Below the pieces are notes generated by a model. The model was not told the DNA's origin, made no database searches, and saw only the letters and a program-made list of their open reading frames with translations. Below, one piece after another: positions 12,502 to 21,569 of a stretch of DNA of 64,000 nucleotides (position 1 is the first letter of the stretch; the number at the start of each line of letters is the position of its first letter). The position numbers and the translations under genes were made by a program. The stretch comes from an uncultured Gemmatimonadaceae bacterium (lineage in GTDB: Bacteria; Gemmatimonadota; Gemmatimonadetes; Gemmatimonadales; Gemmatimonadaceae): contig CAVVTZ010000009.1 in the NCBI GenBank assembly GCA_963751275.1, positions 288,001-352,000 on the forward strand, in the 5' to 3' direction.

Positions 12502-13533
12502 CTATGGCCTGCCTCCCGGCAGCCATGTGGGCAGCGGGCCGTTCGCCAACATCCACACCGCCGACGTCGCGGCGCGGATCACGGCGGTCATGTGCGGGAT
12601 GTCCACGCGGCTCATGTCGTCGGACGGCTGGTGATAGTCGCCGTGGAGTCCGAAGGACGAGAGCGTCTGCGCGGGGATGCCGAGTTTCGCAAAGGCGATG
12701 TTGTCGCTGCGCTGGAAGAATTGCTCGCTCGGATGCGGATCGGGGAAGATCGGGAGTCCGGCGGCCTTGAACATGGGACCCATCGTGGTGCGTTCGTAGC
12801 CGGTGAGCCACGCCTTGCCGGGGCCGATGAGGGAGTCGGGGCGGCCGATCATCTCGATCTCGAGATTCGCGCGCACGCTGTCGAGCGGCACGGGGAAGTG
12901 GCCAATGAGCCAATCGGTGCCGAAGAGCCCTTCTTCTTCGCCGGTGGTGGTCACGAAGAGGATGCTGCGTTTCGGCGCCGGGCCGGCCGCGATCACGCGC
13001 GCCACCGAGAGCACGGTGACTACGCCGCTCGCATCGTCATCCGCGCCGTTGTAGATCGAGTCGCCCTTCACCGCGGCGCCAATGCCGAGGTGGTCGAAGT
13101 GCGCATCGACGAGCACGTACTCCTCACGGAGCGCGGGATCGCTGCCGCGGATCATCCCAATGACGTTCACATCCCCCACCGTGCGCGTGCCGGCCACCGC
13201 GGCCGCGGCCGAGTATCGGGCGAGCCCCTTCGTGGTCATGAGCAGCGGCACCTTCTGGAAATAGCCGCTGTCTCCCATCGGCTGCAGATGCGCGGCGGCC
13301 ATTTGCAATGCGATGAATTTCGTCGCCCGCGCCGCCCCCCGACTCGCGGTCATCCGCCCTTCCATCGAATCATCCGCGAGCACCGAGAGCATCGCGGTGA
13401 CGGATCGATCCGTGATCGACGAGACATTAGGCGCCGCCGGTGGCGCCGGCGCCGCCTCGGGCTTGGATGTTGCACACGCTGACAGGATCACCGCAAAGAC
13501 GATCGAACTCGTGTACTTCTTGAAAGAGCCCAT
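12502..13533 (-). CDS. M28-family metallopeptidase lipoprotein
   Basis: Lipobox LSAC; AHFDHLG, NGADDDASG, GEEEGL, RSDN and YHQPSD; GGGAG RBS before ATG 13533. Confidence 0.9.
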   Translation of the reverse strand: MGSFKKYTSSIVFAVILSACATSKPEAAPAPPAAPNVSSITDRSVTAMLSVLADDSMEGRMTASRGAARATKFIALQMAAAHLQPMGDSGYFQKVPLLMTTKGLARYSAAAAVAGTRTVGDVNVIGMIRGSDPALREEYVLVDAHFDHLGIGAAVKGDSIYNGADDDASGVVTVLSVARVIAAGPAPKRSILFVTTTGEEEGLFGTDWLIGHFPVPLDSVRANLEIEMIGRPDSLIGPGKAWLTGYERTTMGPMFKAAGLPIFPDPHPSEQFFQRSDNIAFAKLGIPAQTLSSFGLHGDYHQPSDDMSRVDIPHMTAVIRAATSAVWMLANGPLPTWLPGGRP

Positions 13534-13562
13534 GATTCCACTCCCTGTAGTGAACAAAAGCA

Positions 13563-13680
13563 TTCATCCGCTCTTATCGTCAGTTATCCTGATAATCCTG
13601 TCAAAGCAGTTGTTTGTAGTGACTAGACCAAACTGCTTTGACAGGATTATCAGGATAACAGCTGACAACACCGGGATGAC
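13563..13680. repeat. Family C copy 1 (arms in inside-out orientation)
   Basis: Perfect 29-bp IR gttatcctgataatcctgtcaaagcagtt (13583-13611) / 13631-13659, with an imperfect outer extension. Confidence 0.92.
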
Positions 13681-13683
13681 TGC

Positions 13684-14736
13684 CTATATCCTCGCCGCGA
13701 TCCAGTCGCCGACGGCGCGGGTGCCGAGGGAACCGCCAACGTCACTCGTGCCAATGCCAGTGTTGATCGCATCGGCGACAGCCTTCTCGACGGCCCGCGC
13801 GGCATCGGCAGCCCCGAGGGTATCGAGCATCATCGCGGCCGTGAGGATCGCCGCCATCGGGTTCGCGACGTCCTTGCCGGCCATCGGCGGTGCGCTGCCG
13901 TGCACGGGCTCGAACATCGCCACGTGCCCCGGATTCCGGTTCGCGCTGGGCGCCAATCCCAGCCCGCCGGCGATCATCGACGCGACGTCGGAGAGGATGT
14001 CGCCGAAGAGATTCCCGGTCACGATCACCTGGAATTGCTCCGGCGCGCGGATGAGGTCCATCGCCATCGCGTCCACATAGCGCGTTTCACGCGCGATGCC
14101 GGGATACTCGCTGCCGACGATATCGAACACGCGCCGCCAGAGCGAATGCGCCTCGATCGCGTTCGCCTTGTCGGCCATCGCGACCCTCGTCTTGCCGTGC
14201 TCCTTCGCCCACGCGAAGGCGTAGCGGATGATCCGTTCCACGCCTTTGCGCGTGTTCAGCTCCTCTGCGATCGCGAGCTCGTCGGGCGTCCCTTTCTTGA
14301 AGATGCCGCCGACCGATACGTAGAGCCCCTCGGTGTTCTCGCGGAAGATGACGAGATCGATCTCCTTCGGCGTCTTCCCCTTGAGCGGGGTGAGGCGCTC
14401 GTGGAAGAGCTTCGCGGGACGCTCGTTCACGTAGAGGTCCAGCTGGAAGCGCATGCCGAGCAGGATGTCGCGCGCGTGCTCGTTGCCGGGGACGCGCGGG
14501 TCGCCGAGCGCACCAACCATAATGGCGTCGAAATCTGTGCCGAGGCGCTGCATCTCGGCGGGGGCGATCGTGACGCCGGTGGTGAGATAGTGATCGGCGC
14601 CGTAGGGGAGCTGCTCGATCGTGAGGCCGGGTTTGAATTTCGACTCGACCGCGGCGATCACCTTCAGCGCTTCACGCGTGACTTCGGGACCGATGCCGTC
14701 GCCGGCGATGACGGCGACGCGGCGCTTGGTTGTCAC
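13684..14736 (-). CDS. leuB: 3-isopropylmalate/tartrate dehydrogenase family protein
   Basis: IAGDGIGPEV, RENTEG, NLFGDILSD and FEPVHGSAP; GTG 14736 overlaps the upstream stop. Substrate not certain. Confidence 0.75.
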   Translation of the reverse strand: MTTKRRVAVIAGDGIGPEVTREALKVIAAVESKFKPGLTIEQLPYGADHYLTTGVTIAPAEMQRLGTDFDAIMVGALGDPRVPGNEHARDILLGMRFQLDLYVNERPAKLFHERLTPLKGKTPKEIDLVIFRENTEGLYVSVGGIFKKGTPDELAIAEELNTRKGVERIIRYAFAWAKEHGKTRVAMADKANAIEAHSLWRRVFDIVGSEYPGIARETRYVDAMAMDLIRAPEQFQVIVTGNLFGDILSDVASMIAGGLGLAPSANRNPGHVAMFEPVHGSAPPMAGKDVANPMAAILTAAMMLDTLGAADAARAVEKAVADAINTGIGTSDVGGSLGTRAVGDWIAARI

Positions 14737-15467
14737 GGGGCGGCGCCGGCGCTGCGTCCGCAGGTGACGCAGAACTTCCAGTTCACCTCGAGCTCCGAGC
14801 CGCACGCGGGGCAGCGCTGGATCGCGAGATTCTGCCCGCAGTTGGGGCAGAAGATGACGCGGCGTCCCGCGGGGAGCGCGCCGCCGCAGAAGCGGCAGTC
14901 GCCGGCGGGCGGGGTGGCGGCGGGGGTGCCGGGCGTGCTGGGACGGGAAACCGGTGGCAATGGCATGGGCGCTCGCATGGGGCCCGACGAGCGTGCGCCG
15001 GGCGGCGGTGGTGGGACGTTCGGTGAACTGGCGCGCGGCGGTGGAGGCGGTGGCGGCGGCGATACCCTCGGCGGCATCGTGGCGCCGCTCGCGCGCGGCT
15101 GCGGGTTGCTGTCCATGGGCCCGCCCTGCGCATCGGAACGGCGCACGGCGTCGGCGACGAGCACCACGCGCGACGCCGCGAATTCGCGGTAGATGGCGGT
15201 GTTGGGATTCGCCGACTCGAGTTCCTGGCGGATCGTCTCGCGCATCACGTCATCGCCCATCATGAGACTGCGCTCGCCGGCGAGCATTTGGCAGAGCGCG
15301 ATCTCGTAGTCCTCATTCGTCTCGATCTCGAGCTCCTTCCGGTTGTGACGATAGGGGATGAGACTCTGGAAGAGCTCGCTCACCTCGAACGGCTGGCTCA
15401 GCAACTCGGGATAGCCGTTACGAATGTTCTGCACGAGCCGTCGAAACATGCGGTCCAGATCGTCCAT
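14733..15467 (-). CDS. Double zinc-ribbon domain protein with Pro-rich linker
   Basis: C-terminal CRFC, CPNC, CPAC and CVTC; ATG at 15467. Confidence 0.8.
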   Translation of the reverse strand: MDDLDRMFRRLVQNIRNGYPELLSQPFEVSELFQSLIPYRHNRKELEIETNEDYEIALCQMLAGERSLMMGDDVMRETIRQELESANPNTAIYREFAASRVVLVADAVRRSDAQGGPMDSNPQPRASGATMPPRVSPPPPPPPPRASSPNVPPPPPGARSSGPMRAPMPLPPVSRPSTPGTPAATPPAGDCRFCGGALPAGRRVIFCPNCGQNLAIQRCPACGSELEVNWKFCVTCGRSAGAAP

Positions 15468-15490
15468 AGGAACTCGCGCGAGAGGGGTCG

Positions 15491-17602
15491 GTGCCGGGCG
15501 ACACCGCTGACGGTGCCCTCGTGAACGCTCCCGCGCAAGACCCGCGCCCACCCGAACCGGACCTTCCCATACCGACCGACCGTCTGCCGCGCGCCGCCCT
15601 TCGCGCCACCGCCCTCATGCTCGCGCTGTTCGGCGTCGTGCCGATGGCGAATCTGCTCTCCGGCGGCCGCGCGGTGGTGTGGTGGGGGAGCGCCGTGCAG
15701 GACTGGATCCTGTGGGGCGCGGTGACGCTCATCGCCGCGATGGCGGTCGCGCGATTCGGCGGCGAGGCCGTGGGCGAGGCGTGCGCGGGCGCGTGGCGCC
15801 GCGTGATGGCGCCCGCCGCGCTGCGCTTCGGTGCCATCGTATCCTTCGCGACGCTCGCGCTCTCGATCGCGCTCGCGGGCTACGCCTTCGCGCGGCAGCC
15901 GCACTCGATCGACGAGATGGAAGCGCTCTGGCAGTCGCGGATCTACGCGTCGGGGCACTTCGCGATCGCGCCCTTCGCGCATCCCGAGTTCGTGTCGATG
16001 ATGAACGTGATCGACACGCCGCGCTGGTACACGCTCTTTCCGGCCGGCGGGCCGGCGCTGCTGACGCTCGGCACGCTCGCCGGTGCGGCGTGGCTGGTGA
16101 ATCCCATCTGTGCCGCGATCGCGGTGGCCGCGATGTACGCGTTCGTGCGGCGCGCCTATGACGAATCCACGGCGCGCGCGACGGCGATCGTGATGACGCT
16201 CTCACCGTTCTTCCTGTTCATGGCGGCGGGCTACCAGAACCACGTGCCGGCGCTCGCGGCGCTGGCGCTGGCGCTCGCGGCGCTCGCGGCGTGGCGAAAT
16301 GCGGCGACGCCGAAAGCGGCGGTAAAGGCGTCTGTCGGTGTCGGTCTGGCACTTGGTGCGATGGTCGCGATCCGCCCGCTGGACGGCGCGCTCGCGTCGG
16401 CCGCGTTCGGCATCTTCCAAGCCGCGAACATCGCGCGCCGCACCGGCGCGGCACGGTGGGGTTCGCTCGCGGCGCAGGCGGTGGCCGGCGCGATCCCGGT
16501 GGCGTTCCTGCTGATCGCGAACGCGAACAGCACGGGACATCCGCTCACGTTCGCGTACGGCGTGATGTGGGGGGGCGCGTCGATGGGCTTCGGCCCGACG
16601 CCTTTCGGCGAGGCGCACACGCCCGTGCGCGCGCTGGTCTTGCTGTCGCAGAACCTGATGCGGCTGGACCTGTACATGTTCGAATGGCCCATCCCGGGGA
16701 TCGTACTCGCGCTGGTGACGCTCGTGCTGCTGCGCGCGCCGAAGGATTGGGACCTGCTCGCGGCCGGGCTCATCGTCGCATACCTCGTGGGGTACGCGAT
16801 GTACTGGCACGAGGGATTCTGGGTGGGGCCGCGCTTCATCTACCCGACGATCCCGCTCTGGGTGCTCTTCACCGTGCGCGCGCCGTCGCTGGTCGCCGTG
16901 CGCACGGAAGACGCGACCTACCGGCGCGCCGTGATGCTCGTGATCCCGCTGTGCATGGTCGGCGCGATCATCATGCCCTCCACCGTGATGGGCGCGCGCA
17001 TGCGGGCGCAGCGCTATCACGAGTCGCTCTGGCAGCTGCGCACCGACATCGGCGCCGAGGCGCGCGCCGCGGGCCTCAAGAACGCGGTGGTCGTGGTGCA
17101 CGAGTCGTGGGGCGCGCGGCTCATGGCGCGCATGTGGGCCGCGGGCGTGCCGCGGCGCGATGCCGAGCAATTGCTCGCGCACAGCGACGCGTGCGCGCTC
17201 GAGCTGCAGCTGCTCGTGGAGGAATCACCCCCGGGCGGCGACCCAGCCGGCCTCGTCGCGCGGCTGCGCGATGCGACGCCCGCGAGCGAGCGCGCCGCCC
17301 TGGCGCCGCGCCCGGACATCACCGCCGACGGCACGCTGCTCTTCTCGGATCATGGGCCGTTCACGAAACAGTGCGCGGAGAACGCGCTGGCCGACAGCGC
17401 CGGCGTGTCACTGTACCCGGCATTCCTCCCTCAGAACCGGGTCATGCGCGACGGGCAACTCGGAGGCAATGTGATCTACGTACGCGATCTCGGCGGGCAC
17501 AATCTGGCGCTGCGAAAGATCTTCGGGGATCGGACTTGGTACCACTACATGCCGAGAAAATCGCCCGAAGATTCGAGTGCCATCTTCGTCAAATACCACT
17601 AA
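15491..17602 (+). CDS. GT-C fold membrane glycosyltransferase (ArnT/PMT-like)
   Basis: Multi-TM 703-aa ORF with HSIDE motif in the first loop and GPRF; start uncertain. Confidence 0.75.
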   Translation: MPGDTADGALVNAPAQDPRPPEPDLPIPTDRLPRAALRATALMLALFGVVPMANLLSGGRAVVWWGSAVQDWILWGAVTLIAAMAVARFGGEAVGEACAGAWRRVMAPAALRFGAIVSFATLALSIALAGYAFARQPHSIDEMEALWQSRIYASGHFAIAPFAHPEFVSMMNVIDTPRWYTLFPAGGPALLTLGTLAGAAWLVNPICAAIAVAAMYAFVRRAYDESTARATAIVMTLSPFFLFMAAGYQNHVPALAALALALAALAAWRNAATPKAAVKASVGVGLALGAMVAIRPLDGALASAAFGIFQAANIARRTGAARWGSLAAQAVAGAIPVAFLLIANANSTGHPLTFAYGVMWGGASMGFGPTPFGEAHTPVRALVLLSQNLMRLDLYMFEWPIPGIVLALVTLVLLRAPKDWDLLAAGLIVAYLVGYAMYWHEGFWVGPRFIYPTIPLWVLFTVRAPSLVAVRTEDATYRRAVMLVIPLCMVGAIIMPSTVMGARMRAQRYHESLWQLRTDIGAEARAAGLKNAVVVVHESWGARLMARMWAAGVPRRDAEQLLAHSDACALELQLLVEESPPGGDPAGLVARLRDATPASERAALAPRPDITADGTLLFSDHGPFTKQCAENALADSAGVSLYPAFLPQNRVMRDGQLGGNVIYVRDLGGHNLALRKIFGDRTWYHYMPRKSPEDSSAIFVKYH

Positions 17603-17606
17603 CTAC

Positions 17607-17884
17607 GCACCCCGAACTCCGTACTTGGTCCCCCGAACGCCGTGAGGCGTGAGGCGTGCGCCGAACGGATTGTACGGCGTGAGGCGCGACCCCAACGCCG
17701 TGAGGCGTGAGGCGTGCGCCGGATACGCCTCACGCCGTTCGGGGTGCGCCTCACGCCTCATGATCCGTTCGTCGCACGCCTCACGTCTCACGGCGTTCGG
17801 GGTGCGCCTCACGCCTCATGATCCGTTCGTCGCACGCCTCACGCCTCACGGTGTTCGGGGGACCAAATACGGAGTTCGGGTCGC
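17607..17884. repeat. Family D copy 2 (MITE-like, ~60-bp terminal inverted repeats)
   Basis: 17611-17670 vs 17821-17880 inverted; internal 58-bp tandem at 17736-17793/17794-17851. Confidence 0.95.
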
Positions 17885-17902
17885 CAGCAACGCCGTTCGT
17901 CG

Positions 17903-18661
17903 TCAGTCGCGCACGAGCCTCGGCTGCGATCCGCTGGTCCACGCCGCCACGATGATATGCCAGAACGCCGCCACGCCGTCCCGCCACGTGATCTTCTTCC
18001 CCTCGGCGTAGGTCCGCCCGTGGTAGCTGATCGGCACTTCGTACACGCGCGCGCCCATCTGTGACAGCCGCGCGACGATCTCGGGCTCGATGCCGAAGCG
18101 CTCGCGCGTGAGGTGCATGATCCGGAAGCTCTCGCGCGTGAACGCCTTGTAGCCCACTTCCATGTCCGTCAGGTTCAGGTTCGTGAACATGTTGGACATG
18201 AACGTCAGCGCGCCGTTCCCCATGCGGTGGTAGAAGTACAGCACGCGATGCGCGCCGGCGCCGCCGAAGCGGGTGCCGCACACGGCATCGGCGTGGCCGT
18301 TGAGGATCGGCGCGATCAGCGCGGGGATGTCGGTGGGATCGTACTCGAGGTCCGCATCCTGGATGATGACGAGGTCGCCGGTCGCCTCGGCGCGCGCCGT
18401 CTGCACGGCGCAGCCCTTCCCCCGGTTCACCTCGTGCCGCGCGATCCTCATCATGCCGCCGGCGGCCTCGGCGCGCTTCGTGAGTCGCTCGAACGTCCCG
18501 TCCTTCGAGCAGTCATCCACCGCCACGATCTGCAGCGTGACGCCGTCCGCCTTGAGACGCCCGCCCAGCGCCGAGACCGCATCGAGCGTGCGGTCGATCG
18601 TCGCGGCTTCGTTATAGCACGGGATGAGAACGGAGAGAGTGACGCTCTTCGGCGGCGTCAC
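17903..18661 (-). CDS. Family 2 glycosyltransferase (DPM1-like polyprenol-phosphate sugar transferase)
   Basis: IPCYNE, VDDCSKDGT, NRGKG, QDADLEYDP and EGKKI. Confidence 0.9.
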   Translation of the reverse strand: MTPPKSVTLSVLIPCYNEAATIDRTLDAVSALGGRLKADGVTLQIVAVDDCSKDGTFERLTKRAEAAGGMMRIARHEVNRGKGCAVQTARAEATGDLVIIQDADLEYDPTDIPALIAPILNGHADAVCGTRFGGAGAHRVLYFYHRMGNGALTFMSNMFTNLNLTDMEVGYKAFTRESFRIMHLTRERFGIEPEIVARLSQMGARVYEVPISYHGRTYAEGKKITWRDGVAAFWHIIVAAWTSGSQPRLVRD

Positions 18662-18849
18662 GGAGTCTTGTTCTTCTCCAGGCTGTCCAATTGCGAGTCC
18701 GGATCGGACTTCACGCGATCGCGGTTCTTACCGCCCACGGCGTGCACGGCGCGAACGTAGATCGGATCGTTGTAGATCTCGTGGTCGTCCCAGCCGAACC
18801 AGTAACCGAAGCAGAGGCCCGCGACAAGGATGAGCAGATACTTGATCAT
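18658..18849 (-). CDS. Small single-TM hypothetical protein
   Basis: 63 aa, hydrophobic N-terminus, GTGA overlap with the GT2 start. Confidence 0.65.
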   Translation of the reverse strand: MIKYLLILVAGLCFGYWFGWDDHEIYNDPIYVRAVHAVGGKNRDRVKSDPDSQLDSLEKNKTP

Positions 18850-18874
18850 GTGCCGTCCCGAGAGGGGTGAGTGT

Positions 18875-19513
18875 CTATGAGAAAAGACTCGCCGCGCCCT
18901 CGGGCGGTAACGGCGGCGCGGGGCGGAAACCGGCCGCTTCCGGGAGCGGATCCGGCGCCAGGGTCATCTGCCCTTTCGCCCGTTCCGCCGCGAGCCAGGC
19001 GTCGAACTCCGAGGGCACGGCGCCCCCCGATGCGTCCAGCCGCTGGGCGGCGCGGACGGCCAGGAAATTCGCGTACTCGTTCTGCGGGTGTCCCTTGTGG
19101 CCGCGTACCCAGCGCCAGTCGATGTCGTGGCCGCGCGACGCCGCCGCGAGCTCCTGCCAGAGCGCGACGTTCTCCAGCGCCCCGCCCTTCCGCCGCCAGC
19201 CGCGGCGGATCCATCCCGGCACCCACTCGCGCATCCCCTTCACCAGATACTGCGAATCGCTCGTGAACACGACCGACGCGCGCTCGCCGTTGGCCGAGAA
19301 GATCTTCAGCGCCTCGAGCGCGGAGCGGATCGCCATGCGGTTGTTCGTCGTGGCGGGGTCCGAGATCCAGTAGTCGAGCCGCACGAGCGCGCCCGAGCGC
19401 GGATGGCGCAGCTCGATCAGCCCGCCCGCGCCGCCCGGATTGTCGCCGTCCTGCCCGTTGCCGAGGCACGATTCGTCGGCGTACACCGCCACGAGCGGAC
19501 CGGAGGCGCTCAC
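18875..19513 (-). CDS. rnhA: Ribonuclease HI
   Basis: YADESCLGN, TTNNRM, TSDSQY, WVRGHKGHPQNE. Confidence 0.9.
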   Translation of the reverse strand: MSASGPLVAVYADESCLGNGQDGDNPGGAGGLIELRHPRSGALVRLDYWISDPATTNNRMAIRSALEALKIFSANGERASVVFTSDSQYLVKGMREWVPGWIRRGWRRKGGALENVALWQELAAASRGHDIDWRWVRGHKGHPQNEYANFLAVRAAQRLDASGGAVPSEFDAWLAAERAKGQMTLAPDPLPEAAGFRPAPPLPPEGAASLFS

Positions 19514-19728
19514 GGGATCACCTGGATGCTGTCCACCTCGTCAATGAAGAACACGAGCGGCTGGCCGGTGGACGGGTGAAAGCTCCGAATGCGCTCGCGC
19601 CCGCCGTCGAGCAGGAGCGCCTCGGCGATGACCACGAATTCCGTGCCGCGGCGCACCACCGCGATGCGCCCGCGATTGGTCACCGCGCGCTCGAGCGCAT
19701 CGTACTGCGCGGGCGTCAGGCGGGCCAC
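19510..19728 (-). CDS. Small hypothetical protein
   Basis: MARLTPAQYDALERAV...FFIDEVDSIQVIP (3' end of ORF 19510..20757); overlaps both neighbours. Confidence 0.65.
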   Translation of the reverse strand: MARLTPAQYDALERAVTNRGRIAVVRRGTEFVVIAEALLLDGGRERIRSFHPSTGQPLVFFIDEVDSIQVIP

Positions 19729-20897
19729 GCGCCACTCCCCCCGCACCAGCTCGCCACCAGCCCGGTGAGCACCTTCGTGGCGGTCTCGACCTCGGCGAGC
19801 GGCACGAACTCCGACGCGGCGTGCGCGAGCGCGATGTCGCCCGGGCCGTAACAGATCGCCGGAATGCCGGCCTCGTTCAGGAGCGCGGCGTCGGTCCATG
19901 CGCTCATGCCGGCGAGTCGCACGGCGCCGCCATCGGCGGCGATCGCGGCGCCGAGGGCGCGCACCACCGGGGCGTCCGGCGCCACATCGCTCGGCCGCTG
20001 CGCGAGATCCAGCGCGACGTCGGCGCTGAATTCCGGGCGGCGCGCCTTGAGGCGCGCGCACGCCGCGCGCAATTCGCCGAGCGCGCCTTCGGCGGTGTCG
20101 CCCGGGAGCGTGCGCCATTCGATCCGGAGCACGCACCGGTCGGGGTAGGTGGTCATTCCGCTGCCGCCCTCGATCGACGACGCGTGCAGTGAGCCGCGGC
20201 CGAGCAGCGGGTGCGTGCGCGCGCTGAGCGGGCCCGCGTCGAAGCCGTCGAGGTCCGCGAGCAGGAGTCCGGCGAGCCGGATCGCGTCGATGCCGATGTC
20301 GTAGCGGCTGCCGTGCGCGGCGCGCCCCTTCACCGTGATCGTGAACCACGCGAAGCCGCGGTGCGCGGGCATGATCGTGAGGCGCGTGGGCTCGGTGACG
20401 ACGGCGGCGTCGGCGCGCACGCCCGACGCCAGCAGCGCGCGGGTGCCGATGCTGGCCCACTCTTCGTCGGCGACGGCGGCGATGACGACCTCGCCAGGCA
20501 ACGGTGCGGCGGCGTGTGCGCGCACGGCGGCCGCGCACATCGCGGCGACGCCGCCCTTCATGTCGGCGGACCCGCGCGCGTACAGCTTGCCGTCGCGCTC
20601 CTCGGCGCCGAACGGATCGTGGATCATGTTGTCCACGCCCACGATGTCGAGATGGCCGTTGAGCATGAGCGAACGGCCGCCGCGCGCCGCGCCGATGCGG
20701 GCGACGACGTTCGGCCGGCCGGGGGCGGCGTCGCGGATCTCGACGCGGAATCCCCATTGCTCGAGCACCGCGCCAAGGGCGCGGGCGGCGGCGGCTTCGC
20801 CGGGCGCGCCGCCGGTGAGCGACGGGTTGCGGGAATCGATGCGGACGAGCGTGCGCAGGAGCGCGATGGCGTCGCCGGCGGCGGGGCTCGCGCTCAT
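19716..20897 (-). CDS. ArgE/DapE-family M20 deacylase
   Basis: NGHLDIV, ARGSADMKGG, ADEE, TEP, GRAAH and AHAASE. Confidence 0.9.
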   Translation of the reverse strand: MSASPAAGDAIALLRTLVRIDSRNPSLTGGAPGEAAAARALGAVLEQWGFRVEIRDAAPGRPNVVARIGAARGGRSLMLNGHLDIVGVDNMIHDPFGAEERDGKLYARGSADMKGGVAAMCAAAVRAHAAAPLPGEVVIAAVADEEWASIGTRALLASGVRADAAVVTEPTRLTIMPAHRGFAWFTITVKGRAAHGSRYDIGIDAIRLAGLLLADLDGFDAGPLSARTHPLLGRGSLHASSIEGGSGMTTYPDRCVLRIEWRTLPGDTAEGALGELRAACARLKARRPEFSADVALDLAQRPSDVAPDAPVVRALGAAIAADGGAVRLAGMSAWTDAALLNEAGIPAICYGPGDIALAHAASEFVPLAEVETATKVLTGLVASWCGGSGAWPA

Positions 20898-20913
20898 GCG
20901 CGGTACCGGCGCG

Positions 20914-21345
20914 CTACTTCTTTTTCTTCTTCGCGGCGGGTTTCTTCTTCGCGGCCGGCTTCTTCTTCGCGGACGACTTCTTCTTGCCGCCCTTGCGGCT
21001 CTTGTGCGCCGCCTCGACCTCGACCATCAGCTTGTCCACTTCTTCCTGCATCATCTGGCCGCGGCGCACCATGTACTGCAGCAGGTCGCGCGCGCTCTCG
21101 AGCGGGAATTCGCCGAGGCCGGCCGCGGCGCCAATGACATCCTTCATCGCGGCGGACATCTTGCTGCCGGCTTCGAGACTGATCTCGTGCGCGCGGGCCG
21201 CCATCTCGGCGACCGTGTCGCGAACATCCTGTCCGCGGTGTCCGGGGCCGCGGCGCGGAACGCCGGGCGCGGGCATTCCCGGCGCGCCGGGGGTTGCGGG
21301 CGGTACCGTCGGCTTGCTATCTGCAACGAGTGGCTTATCCGGCAT
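20914..21345 (-). CDS. Phasin-like protein with Lys/Ala-rich histone-like tail
   Basis: Amphipathic helices (AAAGLG..ARDLLQYMVRRG) and KKKPAAKKKPAAKKKKK tail; ATG at 21345. Confidence 0.6.
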   Translation of the reverse strand: MPDKPLVADSKPTVPPATPGAPGMPAPGVPRRGPGHRGQDVRDTVAEMAARAHEISLEAGSKMSAAMKDVIGAAAGLGEFPLESARDLLQYMVRRGQMMQEEVDKLMVEVEAAHKSRKGGKKKSSAKKKPAAKKKPAAKKKKK

Positions 21346-21471
21346 GTTGGGCGGAGCTCCGTGGTCGATCAGCGGGGGGATCGAGCAAAATCGTGCGCGA
21401 CTCGGCAATGTGCGTGTCGCAGGCGTAAGTATAAGATTCGGCGAGCGCGGTGCAAGTGAAGAATCGAGCGA

Positions 21472-21569
21472 ATTTCAGAGAGAAAGCATGACATTTCAGA
21501 GACAATTACAGCGAATCATGCTAGAAATACGCGCCATTATCGCGCCATTATAGTGCCAAATATGCCATA
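21472..21569. promoter_or_regulatory. AT-rich divergent intergenic region with direct repeats (candidate operator)
   Basis: atttcagaga at 21472 and 21493; cgcgccattat tandem at 21530 and 21541. Confidence 0.4.
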
